A stretch of DNA of 64,000 nucleotides, from NCBI GenBank assembly GCA_041641295.1, contig JBEPYO010000001.1, forward strand, positions 960,001 to 1,024,000, read 5' to 3'. The stretch's first letter is position 1. Every line of letters begins with the position of its first letter. This document shows positions 37,889 to 46,113 of this stretch, piece after piece. The position numbers and the translations under genes were made by a program. This stretch comes from Nitrososphaerota archaeon. GTDB taxonomy: Archaea; Thermoproteota; Nitrososphaeria_A; Caldarchaeales; Calditenuaceae. The notes under the pieces are model-generated. The model searched no databases. It was given only the letters and a program-made list of their open reading frames with translations, and had not been told where the DNA came from.

Positions 37889-38980
37889 CTATAGCTCTAG
37901 TTTTATTCCACGCAGCTCCATATATCGCTGTAGGTTCTCCTTGGTGTAGCTGCCCCGGTAGGGTATCTTGGACTCGCCGTAAATCTCCCTTAAGTATGGG
38001 GCGACCTCCTTCCCCAGCACCCTGATGAACCCTATAGGGTCGCCGCTGACAGAGAAGGCTATGTGCCTAAACCCCAGCGCTAAATACTTCTCAAGATACT
38101 TGATGACCTCTTCAGCCTTTGTAGCCACTAGGAAGACGTCTTTAACCAACTCCTCCGAGACCCTGTTCCCATGCATCTCAATGTATTTCGGATCATAGAC
38201 GTTTAGGTCGAAGAATATTGGGAGGAGCGTTCCGCGCCAGGGGAGGAGGGACTTGAGCGCCTTCTCATAGTCCTCCGCGTGGAATCCCACGTGAACGAGC
38301 AGGGACTTCTCAACATCCTCCCCTCTCCTACCCACCTCTCTCGCACCATCATCCAACGCGGGGAAAAGCTTCTGAGTATACAATGTTGGGTCGTCGACTG
38401 GCAGCGTCATGAAGGCGTCGGCAAGCATCCCAGCCAGCCTAGCTCCTCTTGTACCGCTTGATGCTATGTGTATGGGTATATCGACTGGTGGTGGGTCGTA
38501 TAGCTTTGCCTTGTTGAGTCTATAGTACTTTCCGCGGTATGTCACCTGTTTTCCCTGCCAGAGAATCCTCGTTATGAAGACAGCCTCCTCAAGCCTCTCC
38601 AACCTTTCGCGGTATGGTGGCCAAGAAAATCCGCATGGGACCTCGTTTAGAGCCTCACCCGTACCCACGCCTAGGAACATCCTGCCCGGAAACAGGTTTT
38701 GCATCGTGGCGAAGGCCTGGGCTACAACTGGCGGAGGGTATCTAAAGAGTGGGCAAGTAACACTCGTGCCCATCACTATCTTCCCAGTGAGGGCGCCGAC
38801 CGACGACAGCACAGACCAGATAAAGACGCCGTGGGCAGCTGTATCAAACCATGGATGGAAATGATCCGAGCCCCAAGCCGAGTCAAGCCCGTTTTTCTCA
38901 GCCTCCACTCCCTGCTTGACGAGCTCGCTGGGCGAATACTCCTCCGACGCCAAAACAATCCCGAGTCTAAGGCCGCTCAA
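37889..38980 (-). CDS. F420-dependent LLM oxidoreductase (FGD/G6PDH-like family)
   Basis: SEEYSP, SDHFHPW, TSVTCPLFRYPP, GVGTGEALNE. Confidence 0.9.
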   Translation of the reverse strand: MSGLRLGIVLASEEYSPSELVKQGVEAEKNGLDSAWGSDHFHPWFDTAAHGVFIWSVLSSVGALTGKIVMGTSVTCPLFRYPPPVVAQAFATMQNLFPGRMFLGVGTGEALNEVPCGFSWPPYRERLERLEEAVFITRILWQGKQVTYRGKYYRLNKAKLYDPPPVDIPIHIASSGTRGARLAGMLADAFMTLPVDDPTLYTQKLFPALDDGAREVGRRGEDVEKSLLVHVGFHAEDYEKALKSLLPWRGTLLPIFFDLNVYDPKYIEMHGNRVSEELVKDVFLVATKAEEVIKYLEKYLALGFRHIAFSVSGDPIGFIRVLGKEVAPYLREIYGESKIPYRGSYTKENLQRYMELRGIKLEL

Positions 38981-39045
38981 GTAATAACCACCATCAGAAG
39001 AATCTCGCTTTGGAGGTGGCTAAATACGTAACCCTTTATCGATCG

Positions 39046-39969
39046 TTATAGGCTGAGCTTGGCCCTTAGCCAGCCGTAAAAGGCGTCTATCGGGTTTGTG
39101 GAGGGTGGGTTGGTGGAGATCTTGGGGCCGGCCAGCATGTAGGGATTGTAGACCAAGCCTTGGCGAGAAATGGATGAGAGCTCCACGTCTGGCGTCATCT
39201 CCAGTGCGTAGAATGGGCAGGCGTCCACGCAGAAGCCGCAGAAGACGCACCTCCCATAGTCCACCTGCGGGAAGTAGGACTTCTTGTTCTGGGGGTATTT
39301 GAGGTCGCGCTTCTGAATTATTATTTTAACATTGCATCCATTCTTGCTGGCCCCGTAAGTAATCGCGTCTGGAAACTTGTCCTCTAGTATGCTGAAGCTC
39401 CAGCCACTCTTCTCAAGCTGGATGAACTGCTCGTCGAGGTAGTTGTTGTATAGTGTGGCTGAGTTGTGCTCCCATATCGGGTCTGTATTGAGTCTTATCG
39501 ACGCCTTACCATCGGTCTTAACAACCCTCTTCAAATCGACAAAATGTCCCAGTAGAGGGTGTGACCCGCCAGTCCCGGGCCCCGGCTCCACGAGGGGCTT
39601 GATGAACCCTTCAACCACACGGTCGAGAAGCTCTGAAAGCACCCCCCTCCCAGAGGCGAACTCGTTATAATCCTTCTCTTCAACCTCAATGACTACGTCA
39701 AACGCGTAGACCATCGTTATGGCTTCGGCAATGTTCTGGCAGGCTATGTCGCAGAGGCTGCAGCCGGTACACTTCTCAAGGATTAGTAAGTGCCTCCCCT
39801 TAAAGCCGGGGTAGGCGAACCCCTGCTTGGGGTCAAACCTGTAGTTCTCGCGGGGAAGGTTAGGCACTTCTTCGTATGGATACTTGTAGGTGTAAGGCTT
39901 GAAGAATACATGCCTAGCGGCTACCCAAATGGGTCTTAGAATCTCTCTGAGTAGCGTGGCTGCGGACAT
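39046..39969 (-). CDS. nuoI: NADH-quinone oxidoreductase subunit I-like 2x[4Fe-4S] protein with a large insertion
   Basis: TYKYPYE, GFKGRH..ILEKCTGCSLCDIAC and PQVDYGRCVFCGFCVDACPFYALEMT. Confidence 0.85.
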   Translation of the reverse strand: MSAATLLREILRPIWVAARHVFFKPYTYKYPYEEVPNLPRENYRFDPKQGFAYPGFKGRHLLILEKCTGCSLCDIACQNIAEAITMVYAFDVVIEVEEKDYNEFASGRGVLSELLDRVVEGFIKPLVEPGPGTGGSHPLLGHFVDLKRVVKTDGKASIRLNTDPIWEHNSATLYNNYLDEQFIQLEKSGWSFSILEDKFPDAITYGASKNGCNVKIIIQKRDLKYPQNKKSYFPQVDYGRCVFCGFCVDACPFYALEMTPDVELSSISRQGLVYNPYMLAGPKISTNPPSTNPIDAFYGWLRAKLSL

Positions 39970-40065
39970 TTACGCCACTAGTCCGCATCAGGAGCCAAAT
40001 TTAAACACTACACAGGCCCCCAAAACGAGAACTATTATCTCGCTCCTGAGTGCCTTCTGTGCAGA

Positions 40066-40758
40066 TTGACTATCGGCGATGAGATTCTGCAGAGGCTGAG
40101 TACGCAGTACCGGATACAGGCGGAGGAGTATGTCTCGCTATACACTCATCTCCAGAGCAGAGACCCCTTCCAAGTCCTAGTAGCTACAATATTGTCGCAG
40201 AACACGACCGACAAGGCCGCCCTCAACGCTCTCAAGACGCTTGAGAGAGACGTGGGGCTTACTCCCCGCGCGATTCTAGAGGCTGGGAGGAGGCGGGTTG
40301 AGAAGGCTATACGGATGGCCGGCATGTACCGGTCTAAGGCCAGGTTCATCCTCGAGGTCTCCCGGATTGTGGTGGAGAAGTATGGCGGTGATATATGGAA
40401 CATGCTTAGGGGCGATGTAGAGGATGTGAGGATGCGGCTTATGGCGCTGCCGGGTGTGGGCGGGAAGACGGCCGATGTCCTCCTAGCTACGTTGGGAATT
40501 GCGCATACCGTCCCGGTGGATACTCACGTCCGGCGGGTCTCCACCCGTCTAGGATTGGTGGAGGAGGGTGCGAGCTATGAAGCAATACGTAAGCGGCTGG
40601 AAGAAGTCTTCAGAGCCGACTCTAGACATCTAGCGCATCTTCTCTTAATAGCCCATGGACGCAGAGTCTGTAGGGCCAGAAGGCCCTTATGTGGAAACTG
40701 CGTCATAAACAGCCTCTGCAAGTATTACCAGAAATCTAAAAAGCGGCTGCCAGCGTAA
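40066..40758 (+). CDS. nth: endonuclease III (HhH-GPD)
   Basis: LVATILSQNTTD, LPGVGGKTA, VDTHVRRV, C-x6-C-x2-C-x5-C. Confidence 0.93.
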   Translation: MTIGDEILQRLSTQYRIQAEEYVSLYTHLQSRDPFQVLVATILSQNTTDKAALNALKTLERDVGLTPRAILEAGRRRVEKAIRMAGMYRSKARFILEVSRIVVEKYGGDIWNMLRGDVEDVRMRLMALPGVGGKTADVLLATLGIAHTVPVDTHVRRVSTRLGLVEEGASYEAIRKRLEEVFRADSRHLAHLLLIAHGRRVCRARRPLCGNCVINSLCKYYQKSKKRLPA

Positions 40759-40976
40759 TAGGCATACTTATTGCATCTCGAGCCGAGAGCCGCTCCGCAG
40801 TCTTCGGACAGAAATACTTCAAGCTGGGTACAACTATAGGTTCGTTGGAGATAGCGAGGTAACTACTGAAGAGAGATCATCCACTTAGCTCCAAGACTAT
40901 CTGGCCCGCTCAGTCCTATGGGAAGATTTTAGAGTAGGGACGGGGGTGGAGAGTTGCCGGCTGAAGTGGTGTCGAC

Positions 40977-41828
40977 GTGAAGGGTGTTAGGGAGATTGTT
41001 GACCCGATGTCTCTGGCGGAGGCTATGTCTGAGAATCCGAGGTTTAAGAGAGGTGTCATAATATTATTATCAGCTCTACTCTCCCATATCGCCTCCTCTG
41101 TTTACTACGTATCAGAGAAGCTGCATGTCGATTACGCCTCATCTGGAATAGAGCTGCCCCGTCCCCCTATTACTGAGGCCCCTGAGGCCGTCTTTTTAGC
41201 CACACTATATCTGAGCATGGGGTTCCTAGCGGTTATCGGAGTATTCTCTATTACCGTTTACTTGAAGGGAAGTGAGAGGAGGAGTCTGATACCAGTTTTT
41301 AGCTCCGCTATGCACGGCTTCCTCGCCTTCACGGTGGCTACACTACTCCTACTTCCCATCCTACTTCCGGCACCCCCCACCAACGTGGCCATAACCTATG
41401 CAGAGGTCAGCGAGGTCAAGCTCGAAAATGCACGAATAGACGGGATGCTGCGGTCTAACGGTTCGGTATTGACGATTACTGCCCAGGTCTTGCGGTCTCC
41501 GCGTCTAGTATACAACGCCTCAAACCACAATCACCCCCTCCTCATAGAATCTGCAGCCGCCAGGGTCTCTGACCAGATTGTAAGCCTGGGAGACATAATG
41601 GTCGAGAGGCTCTCATGGGACCGGATAGAGTTTAGCGGTTACAGTTTTGTGAGTGAGCCTGTTTTGAGCCGCGAGCCCTGGAGCGCCTTAGCCACCGTGT
41701 TGTCTTGGTTGTGGCTGGTCTCATATGTCGGGCTGGCTTGTAAAAAATTTTACAGGCTCAGCTCTCAGACCGTTACACTCTCTATCATCATCACGATTAT
41801 TGTCCTGCTTGTTTTCGGCCTGCTATGA
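40977..41828 (+). CDS. hypothetical membrane protein
   Basis: About 5 TMs with an extracytoplasmic beta-rich insert. Confidence 0.6.
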   Translation: MKGVREIVDPMSLAEAMSENPRFKRGVIILLSALLSHIASSVYYVSEKLHVDYASSGIELPRPPITEAPEAVFLATLYLSMGFLAVIGVFSITVYLKGSERRSLIPVFSSAMHGFLAFTVATLLLLPILLPAPPTNVAITYAEVSEVKLENARIDGMLRSNGSVLTITAQVLRSPRLVYNASNHNHPLLIESAAARVSDQIVSLGDIMVERLSWDRIEFSGYSFVSEPVLSREPWSALATVLSWLWLVSYVGLACKKFYRLSSQTVTLSIIITIIVLLVFGLL

Positions 41829-42531
41829 GTCTTCCAGTTCTATCAACCTCGCCCAGTCTAACTCTCGTACTGCTGATAGGCCTACCATCCTCTGCGAGCA
41901 CAAGGGGAGAGAGTTCAAGCGACACCGGTGGCAGACCTTTAGATACTCTGAGATTCACCGCCTCCTCAGCCCTGTCAAGCGTTATCGGGCCTGTAACCAA
42001 CGCATTGATTCTCTCATCGGATAACAGAGGACCATAGGGGTCGTTAAGCTGAGTTATCTCAGCCCTCGATAACCATCCATACTTGTCTAGAGTTCTTTTA
42101 AGCTCCTCAACCCTCTCTCTCATCGGAGAGACTCGCCCCTCCTTTCTCAGCTTCGAGGCGAACTCGTCGCTGGTGACGCCTATTATCACCTTTTTAGAGA
42201 GTCTAAAGGCTGTGTTGAGAAGAGCGAGGTGGCCTATGTGGAGTTCGTCGAATGTGCCGCCCAAGGCTGCGACGTCGTAGATTGGTGTGAAGTTCTTGGA
42301 TAGTTCTAGCTCCTCCTCCACCTCGTAGTACCAGAGCCGGTGGCTCCTCAGCAGTATCAGAGCCTCTCCCCTCAGCACCCCTAGCTGCAGTGTAAGCTCG
42401 TCAAGAGTGATCTTCGGATGCTTCACCAATATCTCTTTAACGAGTAAGTCGCGCTTGCTGCTGTAGCTTCCCATTCCTCTGACAACCTCCCAGAGCATAG
42501 GATAGAGCTCGGCTACCGTAACTTTATCCAA
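41797..42531 (-). CDS. coaD: phosphopantetheine adenylyltransferase with an N-terminal extension
   Basis: ALGGTFDELHIGH, GVTSDEF, LNDPYGP, AEDGRPISSTRVRLGEVD. Confidence 0.88.
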   Translation of the reverse strand: MDKVTVAELYPMLWEVVRGMGSYSSKRDLLVKEILVKHPKITLDELTLQLGVLRGEALILLRSHRLWYYEVEEELELSKNFTPIYDVAALGGTFDELHIGHLALLNTAFRLSKKVIIGVTSDEFASKLRKEGRVSPMRERVEELKRTLDKYGWLSRAEITQLNDPYGPLLSDERINALVTGPITLDRAEEAVNLRVSKGLPPVSLELSPLVLAEDGRPISSTRVRLGEVDRTGRLIAGRKQAGQ

Positions 42532-42580
42532 CCCGCTTCTCAGTGTAGATTGCTATAAGTTATTAAACCATTACGCTGCT

Positions 42581-42940
42581 TTGGGAAAGACTTATAGCTT
42601 GAGTCGGACTTTTTTAGAGTGCATGACGGCGCTTAAGCAGATACACAGACTCTACGAGGAGCTTAAGGACACAGTAGACTTCTTCGAGGAGCAGGTCAAC
42701 AGCGGCTCTCGGCTCGAGATGGTGGCAAACAACATCTCCGAGGTCATAGAGACGATAGAGAACCTGCTCCTCGACCCACGGCTCTCCCCCTCAACGATCA
42801 GCATGTTTGAGGAGCTTAGGATGCGTGCGCTTGGAATCCAGCGGAAGGTAAACAACGCGCTGAACAAGATGGAAGAAAATATTAGTAGCGAGGGTGAGGG
42901 TTTAGAAGGTAGAAGATGGCGCCGTTGGAGGACCTATTAA
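42581..42940 (+). CDS. hypothetical helical protein
   Basis: 119-aa ORF overlapping the tldD start. Confidence 0.55.
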   Translation: MGKTYSLSRTFLECMTALKQIHRLYEELKDTVDFFEEQVNSGSRLEMVANNISEVIETIENLLLDPRLSPSTISMFEELRMRALGIQRKVNNALNKMEENISSEGEGLEGRRWRRWRTY

Positions 42941-44364
42941 GTTATGCCTTAAAAACCGCGTCTAGGCTGGGAGCTTCTTACGCAGAGGCTAGGTTTGAAA
43001 ACCACGTCGGCGAGACATTCGTTTTAAGGAATGGTGTTGTCGACGTATCCGCTCGGGGTGTTTCGCGGGGCATAGGCGTGCGTGTCCTATACAAGAAGGC
43101 CCTCGGCTTCAGCTCTACAGGAGACCTGACTAGGAGGGGGGTTTCTGAGGCTGTAAAGAGGGCTGTAGAGCTTGCAAAAGCCTCGGCTAGGCTGCTATCT
43201 AAGGGCGTGTCTATGTCCGACGAGGTTATGGGGAAGGAGCGGGTCATAGTTAGGCCCCGCGTTAAACACGAAAACGTCGCTACGGAGGATAAAACCGAGC
43301 TTCTCAAGATGGCTGATGGAGCGATTGTCGAGGCCGCTGAAAAAAGGGGTGTCAAGGCTGTCTCCAGAGTGTTTGAGATGACGCTTGGTCGTCTGGAGAA
43401 ACATGTCCTGAACACGGACGGCGCTGACGTCTACTTGGACAAGCCCCTGTCAGCCCTCAACTGCATATTCACTATTTTCGGAGAAGGCAGGTATCTTCAG
43501 AGGTTTCTCAATCTAGGCGAGTCGAGGGGCTGGGAGGCTGTTGAGAGGTGGAGGATAGACGATATGATGGCTGAGGAGGCGGCAGCAGTCTCAGAGGCGG
43601 TTAAGAAGGCGGTTGCGCCGCCCAAAGGGAAGATGGATGTGGTTTTGGGCTCCGAGATCATCGGCCTCGTGTGTCATGAATCTGCAGGGCATCCGGGGGA
43701 GGCTGACAGGATGCTGGGGAGGGAGGCGGCGCAGGCAGGCGAGACATACATCACCCGAGAGCATCTGGGCTCGAGGATAGGCTCCGAGCTGGTTACAATC
43801 GTCGACGACCCCACACTACCAGGCTCATTTGGCTATTACCTCTATGATGACGAGGGTGTTAAGGCCTCGGAGAGGGTTCTAATCGAGCGCGGCGTGATCA
43901 AGGAGTTACTCCACAACCGTGAGACTGCTCCTGAGTTTGGTGTGAAGAGCAACGCGGCGTCCCGTGCCAACAACTATAACAGGGAGCCCATCGTCCGGAT
44001 GGCAAACACGTACATGAAGCCCGGCGACCATACACTTGAGGAGCTTATCGAGGATATCCGGGAGGGCGTATACGTGAAGAGCTACATGGAGTGGAATATA
44101 GATGATAAACGATGGAATCAGAGATACGTCGGGGTCGAGGCATATCTCATCAAGAATGGAGAGCTGGGAGACATGGTCTTTCAGCCAGTAATAGAGCTGA
44201 CTACACAGGCCCTCTACTCAGCCATAGACGCGCTCGGCAGGGACCTAAAATTCTACGCCGGATACTGCGGTAAGGGCGACCCTATGCAGGGCATACCAGT
44301 CTGGTTCGGAGGACCATCCGCCCGCCTCAGAAACATCAGGCTAGGCCAAACTAGCGTAGAATAA
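42916..44364 (+). CDS. tldD: TldD/PmbA family protein (TldD)
   Basis: HESAGHPGEAD, YDDEGV, PIVRMANTY, CGKGDPMQ.IPVWFGGP. Confidence 0.92.
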   Translation: MAPLEDLLSYALKTASRLGASYAEARFENHVGETFVLRNGVVDVSARGVSRGIGVRVLYKKALGFSSTGDLTRRGVSEAVKRAVELAKASARLLSKGVSMSDEVMGKERVIVRPRVKHENVATEDKTELLKMADGAIVEAAEKRGVKAVSRVFEMTLGRLEKHVLNTDGADVYLDKPLSALNCIFTIFGEGRYLQRFLNLGESRGWEAVERWRIDDMMAEEAAAVSEAVKKAVAPPKGKMDVVLGSEIIGLVCHESAGHPGEADRMLGREAAQAGETYITREHLGSRIGSELVTIVDDPTLPGSFGYYLYDDEGVKASERVLIERGVIKELLHNRETAPEFGVKSNAASRANNYNREPIVRMANTYMKPGDHTLEELIEDIREGVYVKSYMEWNIDDKRWNQRYVGVEAYLIKNGELGDMVFQPVIELTTQALYSAIDALGRDLKFYAGYCGKGDPMQGIPVWFGGPSARLRNIRLGQTSVE

Positions 44365-44378
44365 ACACCGGAAACACG

Positions 44379-45971
44379 CTATTTCGATGATAGATCCGCC
44401 AAAGCCTCGCGAAGCCTATCCACACCTATGTCAAACAGGTAGGGTCCGAGCCTAGGTCCGCTAGGCCTCCCCAGAAGTAGGAGATAGATCTTCGAGAATA
44501 ATTGTGGCGGGTTGATGCCCCTGCGCCTCGCCTCCTCGAATATTGCTGCCTGGACCTCCTCGCCGTCCGCCGCCCTACCGGCCCTCTCGATCAAGGCCTG
44601 AATAGCCTCTTTCTCACGCTCTTCCAGCTCCACTTGGACCTTGACCCGCGGGACTGCTCCGAAGTCCAAGGCATAGAGCCTCGCCTTCTCAGCCTTCTGG
44701 AGGAGATACTCGTCGACCCTGTATCCATATCTTCGGAGCCTCTTCTCCACGAACTCGCGGACATTCTCGCTGGGGGCCAGGGACGCTAGCTCCGCGAGAA
44801 GCCTGAATGGTGCATGTGCCCTTGGGCTCTGGGGAGGCCGCAGGAGGTAGATGTACTCGAAGAGTCCGCGGAGTTTTGCTCTAAGCCGCTCGTCAGATAT
44901 CTTAATCCTGCCGAAGTATACGTCCTCGAGTTCTTCAACCTCGTCCCAGAGCCTGGGTATTAGTTCTGGTGTCACGATTCGGGCACCCACACTTCTCTTA
45001 AACATCAGTAGGAGGAGGGTCTCTGGTGGGGCGTATTTGAGCCACATTTGTGGGGTGAATACGTTTCCCACGGATTTTGAGAACTTCTTTCTGCTGGCGT
45101 CTATGAAGTGCTCGTACTTGACGTGTAACGGTGGCTCAAAGTTTAGTATGTTTCTGGAGACCCAGTCGTTGACCTTCACACTATCTATGAGGTCTTTTCC
45201 ATAGGCCTCGAATCTGATGTCGAGTAGCTTCCACCGGGCGGCGAACTCGACCTTCCACGGGAGCTTGCCGTTCCCGTCTTTTAGGCTTGACCATCCCTCG
45301 TAGCCGCATCCCCGGTGCAGCCTCTTCTTTATCTCGATGTCGCTGCACACATATTTCACCCGCCAGCCGTCACTATCGAACTCTACTGCCTTTGCCGTGT
45401 ATATTCTGCCGCAAGACTCGCAGACGGGGTAGTAGGGTAGCTGCTGAGTGAATTTCTCCTGTCCGACCAGAGACTTTATCGCCTCTCCAACCCTCCCCGC
45501 ATTGCTCAATATCTCCGCAGCAATCCCGGCTAGTTTTCCACTTCCATAGACCTCGTGGGCGTTATACAGCCTGTACTCTATCCCGATCTGGTCGAGGGGC
45601 TCGGTCATCATGGAGACCATGTGCTCAGCGTAGCTTTGGTGGCAGCCATATGGGTCTGGAATCCTCGAGACAGGCATGAGGAGGTGCTCCTCCAGCTCTT
45701 TCGGGAGGCCTTGGGGAATGCTTCGGAGCCCGTCCATGTCGTCGACGAATAGTATCATCTCAGAGCTGTAGCCTAGGCCGCGGAGGGCGAGGGTTACCCC
45801 GTAGGCGCGGGCGGGGTCGGATAGGTTCCCGATGTGGGGGATTCCGCTGGCCGCTACTCCGCTCTCGGTCAAGAGCAGGTCTAGGCTCCTCCCAAGCCTC
45901 CTCTCCCTCTCCACAAGCCTGTGCGCCACCCTGTCCAGCCACGTTCCTCGACCAACTATCGGCCTTGACAT
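44379..45971 (-). CDS. lysS: lysyl-tRNA synthetase, class I
   Basis: SGVAASGIPHIGN (HIGH), CESCG, GKLPWKVEF, KFSKSVGN (KMSKS), GPRLG. Confidence 0.95.
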   Translation of the reverse strand: MSRPIVGRGTWLDRVAHRLVERERRLGRSLDLLLTESGVAASGIPHIGNLSDPARAYGVTLALRGLGYSSEMILFVDDMDGLRSIPQGLPKELEEHLLMPVSRIPDPYGCHQSYAEHMVSMMTEPLDQIGIEYRLYNAHEVYGSGKLAGIAAEILSNAGRVGEAIKSLVGQEKFTQQLPYYPVCESCGRIYTAKAVEFDSDGWRVKYVCSDIEIKKRLHRGCGYEGWSSLKDGNGKLPWKVEFAARWKLLDIRFEAYGKDLIDSVKVNDWVSRNILNFEPPLHVKYEHFIDASRKKFSKSVGNVFTPQMWLKYAPPETLLLLMFKRSVGARIVTPELIPRLWDEVEELEDVYFGRIKISDERLRAKLRGLFEYIYLLRPPQSPRAHAPFRLLAELASLAPSENVREFVEKRLRRYGYRVDEYLLQKAEKARLYALDFGAVPRVKVQVELEEREKEAIQALIERAGRAADGEEVQAAIFEEARRRGINPPQLFSKIYLLLLGRPSGPRLGPYLFDIGVDRLREALADLSSK

Positions 45972-46113
45972 CGGTGCTACTCCCTCAACCACCAATAAGA
46001 ACCCGACAAGTCAGCAATATAGCAATAATCCGTATACATCTTGCTAAACCTCCACCTACCCATTACGACAGGTGGCGCCAACCATTTGACTGGCATCCAC
46101 TAGCACGTGGCCC

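Noticed and set aside
39304-39708. Intein in nuoI
   Set aside because: No N-terminal Cys/Ser plus C-terminal His-Asn junction and no LAGLIDADG motifs
40759-40976. 218-bp gap after nth as a hidden small gene
   Set aside because: Only very short ORFs without SD or motifs, and no convincing structure
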